Virus record (IMG/VR): IMGVR_UViG_3300028833_000053
Direction: 5' to 3' (one strand)
Origin: a virus
Taxonomy: Duplodnaviria; Caudoviricetes
DNA length: 64,000 bases
A program made the translations under genes and the position numbers. The notes beneath the pieces were generated by a model, which worked only from the letters and a program-made list of their open reading frames with translations, had not been told where the DNA came from and did not search any database. Below, piece after piece: positions 54,201-64,000 of this stretch; the first letter of the stretch is position 1; every line of letters starts with the position of its first letter.

Positions 54201-57200
54201 ACGGTCAATGGACACAGATGCTTGTCTATGAATTCACGAGCCTTTGCCGAAAGAATGTATTTCGGTTTTTCGTTTGTGTGATCTCCTCTTCTGTTTGCCA
54301 CGCCATCCTTTCCTTCAGGCAAGGTGCCGGATTTTGCATAGTCATATATGATTTTAGCCCAAGTATTCGGTATGTTGTAACTGGCGGCTGCTCGGGTCAA
54401 ATCAGATTCACCACCGCTCGTCACCCAACCTTCTTCGTCAGCCTCGCCATGAGGAAACACGCTTTGCACTATGTAGTCCCCCATAAAGCCGGCGAACTCG
54501 CCATCGTGGGCATGGTATTTCTAACGCCAACTGCCCTCGGCAAACGTCTCGTCTCCTTTCTTTAGCGTGCGGCAAGCGGGAAGACCCATAATGAAGAAAT
54601 ACTTGTCATAATAAGCAATCTACGTGTCGTCTTTTCCGGGGGTTGGACGGTCCTCCGCCCTTGGAATAATGACATCCTTGCTCATTGTTACTCCATTCCA
54701 AGTACCGTCTTTTTTTCCAACAAACGATTTCCATCCGTGGCGTGTGGCAAACACCATGTTGGTGCTGGTATATGGGTTTTCAAGTCCGAATATCGTTTCG
54801 AGAATACTTGCGTCTTCTTCATTGCATACGACATTCTCTATTGCGCGGGCGTCGTCCATCTGAAGGGCGTTGTTGGACATCCTCAAGATTTTCCATGTCA
54901 AAGGTTCACCGTCCTTGAGGTATTTGGAGAACCATCCCCTCATTTCAGAATCGTCGATTACAACCTAATCCATATCCTTGAACAAACGTGGTTCGTTGTT
55001 CATGTAGAAGGACTTGGCAACTTCAAGGGCGTTTGCCGCAGTAACTTCTCCCGTATCATACAACGGCGTTGGCGCGTTTGCATCGCTTACGAACATGTAT
55101 GAATTCACGGGTTGATCTGTCAACGCCATCGTGTTGCGCAATTGGAAATATCCAATCGTCTTCAACCAATCATAACTGACATAGTGCTTCTTGTCGATGC
55201 TGGAGTTTCCTGGCATCTGTCCACTTTCATACAAAGTTGACTTTTGTGTTTCCGTGAGAAGTTTCGTAGATTCCATTCCGTCAAACGGATATGTTTCCTT
55301 TTGCATATCGGCGGAAGACAAGGATCCAGAAACCTTCAAGTCATCCGTGACAACACTTCCTGCGCTCCATTTGACCGTTACGGACAGCTTATGTATTTCC
55401 TTCTCTATTTCATTGAACTTTCCAGTATTTCCATCAAGCAAGGACGACACGGCGGTCATGGCATTATACTCTTCAGACCCAGAATCCCTCGGGTTCAATC
55501 CAACATTATAGCAATAAGTCTCAAAGGTGTCCTTCAATGATGCGGCATTTCCACGCATCATTTGCAGGCAATACGGGTCTGGCGGAACCAAATCTCCCCC
55601 GAAAACGGACGTGCCACCATAGAATTGAAGCGAGGTCTTACCCGGTATTCCAGGACTGACAAGAATTTCCTTTGACTGCACACCGCCAGCTTCAGAATAG
55701 GTGGTGTCCATTTCATTGTCATATTCATTTGCAAACACGAACACCAACCTCGGAACTTTCTTTCTGAAAAGATAGCCCAATCCCCGGTGGTTTGGATGTC
55801 CATAGAAATATCCCTTTCTTATCAACTTGGACATCATGCGGCAAGTAGGTTCGCAACCGGCCCACCAGTTAGAGAGAACACCCTTGTCACTGACGATAAA
55901 CGGAAATTCAAAGTTTTCTACACCTTCATCCGTTGGGTCATAGGTGAAGAACGGAACTTCCTTGCTGAACGCCTCTTGGCCGTCTTGCGCTTCCACTGTC
56001 CACTTGTCCGTCGTTCCATTCCACGTCATCCCCTGATAGCTGGCGAAGTATCTCTGCCAATCTCCAAATTCGCCAGTTCCCTGCTTGCCCTCCAATTCAT
56101 CCTGCAATGGAACGTCTGACTCTCCGTCAACATGTACACCAGCCATTTGCTTGGTTATTCCGCCAAAAGTCAACGGCATCGGGCGAAGTTCACTGTCAAC
56201 TTCAGTACCGCCCTTAATCCAAGCTGGAACACCACAGAACAAGTTGAACTTCTTTGACAAGGTATAGTAGTAAACCGTAACGTCCGCGTCCTATGGATAT
56301 TCAGGTGGCGGGTCTTTCTTGTTGTGAACCAAAATACCTTGCTCTCCAACATAATATGTATGGGTTCCTGAAACCTCAAGGTTGTACACATATCCCAATC
56401 TCAACCCAACATCAATGCTGTCTATGGTATGCCAAGTGCCATCAGGACGCAACAACTTATCTGAAACCTTCAAATCCTGGGCCGTAACCCAATCTGTTTT
56501 TTCATCCCTGTTGACGTAGAACGGATGAACTCCGGTTGCCTCGATAGTTTCTTCTCCGACTTTTATGGTGAAAATCTCCCTGACAAGCAAGTGACGCATT
56601 GTCTTCACCACCTTGCAGTATTGATTTTTGCCGGAAACTTCATCATAGGAAAGAACCGTGTCACCCTCTTCAACCTTGTCAATGTCCTTCCGTCCATCAA
56701 GCATTATGACCTTCGTTCCAGCAACAAAACAGTCGCCGCCTTTGTTGTGAACCAACGCGCCACGTTCACCGACATAGTACGTATGCGTCCCTGAAACTTC
56801 AAGGTTGTACACATATCCCAACTTCAACGCAATGTCAATGTTGTCTATGGTGTCCCATGTCCCATTGGGGCGCAGCAGCATATCTGAAACCAACAAATCC
56901 TGTGCTTTTACCCATGACACTTCCCCACCCCTATTGACATAAAATGGATGTACTCCCGTTGCCTCAATTGCCTCATCGCCGATTCTTATGGTGAAAATCT
57001 CCCTGACAAGCAAATGCCTCAACGTTTTCACCACCCGACAGTATTCGTTTTTACCCGTGGTTTCATTATAGGAAAGAACAAGTTCACCTTCCTCAATCTT
57101 GTCAATGTCCTTTTCCGTGCCATCCGCCATAAGAACTTTCGTGCCCGCGACAAAACAATCCGTCGAGCCCTTATTGTGTGCAAGAATATGTTTTCTTCCG

Positions 57201-60200
57201 ACATAATAGTTGTGGTTCTTCGTGACTTCAATGTTGAACACGCCGGTTGACAACTTCTGCGATGCAATCTTGGAAATGCGGTGCAAACTTCTGTCATGGA
57301 ACATCACAAGGTCTCCGACAACAATCTCGTCCGCCCTAATCCAGGATTTCTTGTCCTTGCGCATGATGTAGAACCTGTGGTTTCCAGTGACATCCAATTC
57401 GTCGCCCTCGATGGTGAATGTATAGATGTCCTCGTCAACATCGTGCGTCATCGTCTGGGCAACTTCGCTTATTTCATTCTTTTCCTCTTCTTCGTTATAC
57501 GAAACAACTTGGTCTCCGACGGAAACATCCTCTATGTTCTTCAAGGAACCGTCGGACATCTCCACCTTTGTTCCGGCAACGAAACACGAATAACCGCCTG
57601 AACCACCCGTGTCGCTTCCTCTTGATTTCAGGGGTTCCTGACTCTGAATCTCCCCATCGAACCCAAAATCTCCTTCATCGCCATATTCAACCTGTATGTC
57701 ATCTTCCTTGTATTCACCAGACCACTTGTCAAGTACGTTGGACTTGTAAGACCACTCGGATTCAAGGTTCTCAACCAAGCTCCCGTCTATGGACTTGGCT
57801 GAAGAACCACCTCCCTCGCTGCCCATCATCCAGCAATTTTCATAGTAGTTCTGGAAGAACGTCTCAAACCCACTTGGCTTTCCATCCGCCCCCGTGCCCG
57901 AACCGAATGCCCCGGTTGTCCAATGCTTTTTCGATTCCGCACAACCCCATCCGTAAGGTCGGCCTTCACCATTACCTCCTCCCCAGTTTGTATATGGCGC
58001 ATTATCAGCGCCAGAAAGGTAATAGTGGTACGTTGTGCTGCCATATCCCCTTTTCCAGTTGTAGTAGCTGGGCATTCCATCGTAACTGCCATACTTTATC
58101 TGCGTATATTCAGCACACTTATGTGCGCACATGAACCTGAGCGTCGGACCAAGGAACAACGCAGAACCAACATGGCAAATGTCATATGTTCCCGTTTCAC
58201 TATATCCCGCAAACATGCGCACTATGTCGGTTGCGGATTCAATCATCCTTGTTATCTGGTTGTTCTGTGAAGCGGAAGCGTCAAAGAGGAAGAACAAGTC
58301 AACTGGACTTGTGTGGAACTCAAACGACGAACCCTCGTTTTCCGCACTGAATATCATGGAAGGTCTGAAACCAACGTTCGCCTGCGTTGCATATTTGGAC
58401 TTGAACCTGTCAGGAGCAAGTTCCTCACGGGAACTGCATATCACCTTTCTGCAAAGTTGATCGAACGCTCCACCCTTGATTACCTTCTTCGTATGCTCAC
58501 CGACAGTGACAATCGGGTTGACTTCTGGATTACCCTCTGTGCTGCCCGGACCACTTTCCTTCTTGATGGTGGCGTTCCAATCGTCCCTCACCCATTCCCA
58601 AACGTTTCCAAGCATGTCGTACATCACCAATTTGGTTGACGGGGACAACAACTTCCCTACACGGTGGATGAAAAGCTCGTTGTAAGACCATTCGTATCTC
58701 CAATAGAACTGGGGAACAACTTGGAACGTTATGGACTTCATGTCCTTCACGGTAAGGTCGTGATGGGACTTGTTCATACCTTCCATTGAAGTATAGACTG
58801 GGAACAATTGCTTGTTCAACACGGTCTTGCTGATTTTGCGAATCCACTTTTGCCTGCTGTCGTTCAAGTAGTATTCAGACTCGGGAAACTCCTAATCCAA
58901 ATCCAATGTCTTGGGGAATTGAACTGTGGTGTCGGACAACAATTGCTGATAAACAAGACTGTCTCCAATTATGTAGTTGGCGGGAACATCCTCAAACTTG
59001 AATCCCTGGTATATCCTTGCTCCCTCTGGAACAATGTCGTCCTCTTCATCTTCTATGTACGCCTTGTAGCCCTGATCATAGGGGTCGCCCAGCGGAACCT
59101 TCAACTCTCTCGGCCTCATACCATCGTGGTCGTCGTCAACGCCATCCAGGGTAGTGACTCTGAAATTGTCGTGGCTGTTCAATATCCTCTCATACGTCAA
59201 ACTGGCCCGCGCCATTTCATAGTCGATGGCATGCCATTTCACATGAGCCAAATCTTCGTCAAATTCCTCCTTCGGCCTCATCTTCCATGCGGTATACTTG
59301 GCTATAAGCTCGACCCTTCTTGCCTCTATCTCCTCGTCAGTTGGCTGAGGTATGTTTCCTGTGAACATGACGAAAGAAGCCTCGTGTTCCCTTGCGTTGC
59401 GTTCAAGGACGTGGGAAATCTCAATGAAGGAGTTCGTCCAGTGGACGTAGCAAGGCGTTCCATAATTCGTGGAAGAGCCATCAACGTCGCCAAACGTGTT
59501 CCTTCCATTTGCCATTATGTTGCCTTTCCACTTGTTCTGCTTGAACGTCCTGTATATGCTTCGGACAATCTTCTTGGTGTACTTCTCCAAGGCTTGCCAC
59601 GCTGCAAGATCGCTTCCCAACTCGCGGCGCTTGTTCTTGAAATACTTTATGTAGGTATAATGGCGTACCACGTTCCACAAGTTCCAGGTCATCGGCCTTT
59701 CATGTATGGAATCAAGAACGTCCGTGTTCATGTTCTCTGGAATCTGTTTTTTCCTGAAGTCACCGTCTCCGTGGCATTGCTCACCAAAATAGTATTTGTC
59801 CGCCGTTGGGTCTTCGTGTTGTGGCGTACCAAAGGCGTTGCTCATGTGGTGTATCTTCCACTTCTCGTTCGTGCCGGCGCAATTGGGGTCAAACACGCCC
59901 TTGTAGCAGTTTCCAGAATTGTCGGTTGTCAACACCGTGCCGCCATAGTCGCGTTTTGCAAAGTCGGTGCCAATGGTGTGCTGCACGGCGTGCCACTTGT
60001 GCTCCGACAGGAACGTAGGTGTCCTTCTTTCCTCCTTCGTGTCGGAATCAACCTCAACATACTCGTCTTGTTTTTCGTGCGCGTTGGAATAGCAATAGCC
60101 ACCCTCTTCATAGTTGAGCTTCGCACTGCTGATTCTTCCATAGCAGTCAACTGTCGGTCCGTTGTTCTAGTCGCCTCTGTTCTCCCACCAAAACACGTAG

Positions 60201-63200
60201 GGCATAATGTCCTCAAGTTCAACCACCTGGTTCAAGTCCTCCAACGGAGAAACCATCGTAATGTAGAACCACACGGAATCTTCGTCGAAATCGTCTATTG
60301 CGTGGGCTTGACTGAGGTTGTACTTGTACTTCAACCTGTCGGGACTTGCCTTTCGTGCTTCGTCATATACGTACTTGTTCACGGTCAAGTCAACGAATGA
60401 ACCGCCCTTGTCGTAATCGTCAACCCAATCCTGGTATGGGAACCTGAATTCACCAGAACCACCACTTCCAAAATCGTATTGAGTGCCATACATTCCATTG
60501 AACTCACCGTCCTTGACCGTAAGTTGCTTCAACGTCTGATATGGAATGAGCTTGGTGAACCTCTCGGCCAGCGTCTTGAGGTTGTTCTCGTTGTGGTGTC
60601 TCTTCGCCAAGAACTCGCAAGCGCGAACAATGTCGCCGAACGCAGGATCTTCCGTGCGTCCCTCATTTGACTGCTCGAATATGATTCCATTTATGTGATC
60701 GGAACTCTTCGGCACCTTGTCCGTCTGATAGGTGTCAAGCATGAAGCTGTACAACTCGCTGTTCTGCTTTATGTTGAAGAACGGAATCAAGAAGTACGTC
60801 CAATCCCTTTGGTTGTAGAGATAGTACCAAGTGCTTTTTATGTTGTCAACCAAAAAGCCGCTCTTGTCATCCTCGTCCTCGGGATTCAACTTCACCCATT
60901 TCTCGTAAACGCTTCTCTATGTATCGTCAAACACGTCAAGATGGAAGTCGCGGTCCATCTAAAGGAAGTTGTAGCCGCCAATTCTGTTGTACTTGTCATA
61001 GGACGACGGAACTATTATGGAGTCCTCGTTGTACTCCATGTTCACCATCGTCTTGGAAGGAATGGTACACCATCCAAAGACGCCATATCGGTTTTCAACG
61101 TCCGCCTGATACTTCGTGTCAGCCGCCATGTCGCAATCGTTGAATATGTCCCTTACCTTCGGCATTATGATTGGACGGTACTTCTTCACAATGGAAGTGA
61201 ATGTCTGCAACTAATCCTGACCCCTGACTATCTCGTTGTAGGTTCCGTCGTTCTTGTGTCCCAACCTATGACGCAGGAAATCGTTTGCGTCAACCGGGGA
61301 CTGGATGGTGGAGTTTTCGTAGAGACAAAGCGGACGTATGTCATAGTAGTTCTGCTGATCGTCCAAAGTCGGCGTCACGTTCGTGGAAATGTTGTCGTCT
61401 ATGGTCTTGTTCCTGTCGGTTGTGTCGTTCTTCCTCTTCTGGACGCTTTGAAGGGTTTTCCTGTAGTCATAGTAGTAGTAAAGATCGTTATAGTGTACTG
61501 CGTTCGTGTTGTATTCACCAATCAACTCGCGGTTCACTGGAGTTATTCTCCAATTCAACGCCCGTGTCTTGTCTATCCTGCAAACAAGCCTGCCATCTTC
61601 CACTTGGTTTGCCGTGTGGAAGTTGGAGAACTTGAATTCAATTGCGGGTTCAAAGGAAATCCACTTCACGTCCCCATTGAAGCACACCACCTGGTAATTT
61701 GAAGGGGTTCCGCACACAACATCGCCTGAATTAGTGCAGATTATTTCATCCAACGCCTCGTCGGCCTCACCCAATATCTCTCCATACCACCAATCTGACT
61801 TCTCGGGCACGTCTATCTTGAGGAAATACTCCTTGTGCGCTATGTCTATGTTTATCTTGAACAACGCCTTGAGCAAGTTGACAACATCAACTATTTCAAG
61901 CATCGTCAAGGGCATGAAGTCGTTTGCACTTGACTTCAATCTGTTCAACAAGCTGAGGAACGGACAAGCGGAGAATTCATCAAATCGGGATTCATCATAC
62001 TCCCTGGGATTCAACCCAATCAACGTGCAATAGCACTTACCCTCTGAATTCACCTTGTCTATGTCTGGATGACCAGACCAATACTGGCAAGTTCCCAATG
62101 TATGATCTGGTTCATCTTGAACACGGGGGTCAACCAAGTACGAACTAACGCCATCCAATTTGTCCTGTTCGTCACCATTCAAAGGAACAACAACCTTGTC
62201 GTATACTGCAACCAAAACGGATTCCGAAAGTATGGTCATGGAGGACGTTATGTTTCCACTTACCAAACTCCAATACCTGAACACATACTGGGTGCAAGAA
62301 TCATCGCCATCCTTTACATTCGTTTCCAAATGCAGGTGGAATGAAGGTATGTGCTGATTCTAAACAACATCCTGCCACTTCTCGGCCTCGTGTCCATCCT
62401 AATCTATGTACTTGAACGTCACGCGGAAGGCAGTTTCGCCACCTGCATGAATCTTCGCGGTGATATACCTTTGATATTGCTCAGCGTCGGACTTTCCATC
62501 GCAGATGATGTACTTGCTCAAGTTCTTACCTTCGTCAAAACCTTGGTTGTCACCTTCCGCAGACACGCCGGTGTTCGCCAATGGCTCGGTTCTGTCATCG
62601 CAAATTATGGCACCGCCACGTCCCTCGATGCCCGGAAGCACATCACCTTCCAAACTGCTCCAACCAAGAAACTTGAGGTTTGGATTAGAAAGTTTGGGGT
62701 TAAACGGAGGATATACCACCGTGTTCACTTCCTTGTCAATCAAGACATCGCAATAAGGCTCGTCACCAACCTTGAACGTCAATATGTCATAACCCAACGT
62801 CCAATTAGCCTCCAACACCACAATAGGCGCAGAATCCACCCATTGCTGTTGAATTCCAAACTGATACTCGTCATAGCATATGCCATAGGAACCGCCAATT
62901 GAATATTGCCAATTGGCGAACTTGTGCGTCTGCCAACGTTCACCCGTGGCGTTCAACCCAGTTGGAGAATCCAAAGGATAGTCGAATTCCCAGAATCCAG
63001 TTGGGGAATCATGGTATTCAAAGCGAAGTTTGTCCCCAGATGGTCCCGTGAAAGTGCATTTTGGCAAATTCACAAGTTCGTTGGCGCGGACCGTAATCGG
63101 CCTCATTTCGCCCGAACCACCATCGCCGGGTCTGAACTTCACGATATATTGCGTGTTCCAAACTGCATAAAGGCTCAATGTGTCGGAATCATGGAAGTTC

Positions 63201-64000
63201 CACTTCGTCAACACGTCATCCAAGTCAATGGACGGCACCTGGGCAAACCTGTCCGTGGAAAAACCAAGCAGTTCATATTGCACCGTCAATCTTGAAGATG
63301 CGTCCAAAGTCTCGTCCGTGTCCGTAAACGTTGGCTTGTTGACCAACTTCACCTCGGAAAGATCCAATTGGAAATCATCACGTTCCGCTTCAAAATGAAT
63401 TGACTGTGGTCTGTTCAACAAGTCGCGCTTGAATGAAGATCCAACCGGCACCTCGACAACCCCACCAGTCCATTGCATGTAGCTGTTCAAGTTGAAGTTG
63501 ATGTATATGTCACGGTGACGGTATCCAACATCCGCCGCGGCACGGCTATTCAACATTCCCTTTACGGGAACCGGTTCGCTTTCTTCAAAGGAAGGTGCTT
63601 CTTCAACCACAATCTCCTTGGGTGCGGAATCGCTCTCCCGGCACAATGGGCAAAGATCCCAATTCTTCAACAACCAACCCTGTCCCGTTTTCGCCAAGAT
63701 TTGAAGAAATTGCTCCAATATCTTGCGTTCATCCGTGTCTAGTCCAGAAGTGCCAGGATTCCTCCAATATTGCTCCACTTTCGCCAAATACCTCAGGTAA
63801 CCATTTGGATCATCCATATCGTTTTCGTCATAGTACACAAAGGCATTGGGGTTTTGGGAATGCTTCAAGGTGTCGGTTGTAAGGTACTTGTAGCCACTGT
63901 CGATGTTGATATGGCGTTGAAACACCTCTCCGGTTGTTGACTTGAACTGCAAATACTTGTAGAGACGCGAAAACACTCGCTCAATCACGATTGCACATTG
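51251..64000 (-). CDS. Giant multidomain protein (at least 4249 aa, 5' end outside window): InlB-B-like repeats, FGE-sulfatase halves, vWA, three Hint domains
   Basis: Ten track ORFs in one frame; each gap read by hand contains only TAG (62399, 62360, 61211, 60959, 60917, 60167, 58892, 56291, 54965, 54620, 54521, 52187); first TGA at 51251. Confidence 0.85.
56321..57586 (-). repeat. Three tandem Hint (bacterial intein-like) domains
   Basis: CFVAGTKV..TGxHxF..VxNxEV..HxYYVG..HN at 57173-57586, 56744-57157, 56321-56731. Confidence 0.93.

Noticed and set aside
56321-57157. Hint 2/3 duplication or FGE domain as a diversity-generating retroelement TR/VR pair
   Set aside because: Both copies are coding, differences do not look adenine-restricted, and no reverse transcriptase is in the window
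56321-57586. Canonical mobile inteins
   Set aside because: No endonuclease domain, +1 residue is Lys, and the host is not a conserved enzyme motif; BIL-type fits better
58808-61702. 530-aa and 335-aa plus-strand ORFs
   Set aside because: Antisense shadows of the giant ORF with non-protein-like composition

Overview
A 64 kb segment of a large T4-like myophage genome: baseplate, tail-tube and fibre genes, gp55-like late sigma factor, RNase H, Dda-like helicase, DNA methyltransferase, gp46/SbcC, large terminase and blocks of small early genes. The supplied ORF track uses the wrong genetic code. TAG is a sense codon, almost certainly Gln (code 15): reading through it restores NPFAYFT-Q-I in gp55 and LLKFI-Q-DNNRVIVTASRQVGKT in TerL, and joins many fragments into single genes. 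The most striking result is one ORF of at least 4,249 aa (51251 to beyond 64000, minus strand, 12 in-frame TAG). It carries three tandem Hint/BIL domains apparently inserted in a vWA domain, flanked by the two halves of an FGE-sulfatase domain in reversed order. Other points of interest: TAG codons cluster at the 5' ends of late genes and in the late sigma factor itself; a GTAAATA late-promoter motif overlaps the -35 box of divergent promoters at three sites; a ~225-nt structured RNA candidate; a shared N-terminal MKWKKLNE motif; extreme D/E tracts on tail proteins; a phage metacaspase. No tRNA or CRISPR array was seen. All calls come from reading motifs by eye; no searches were run.
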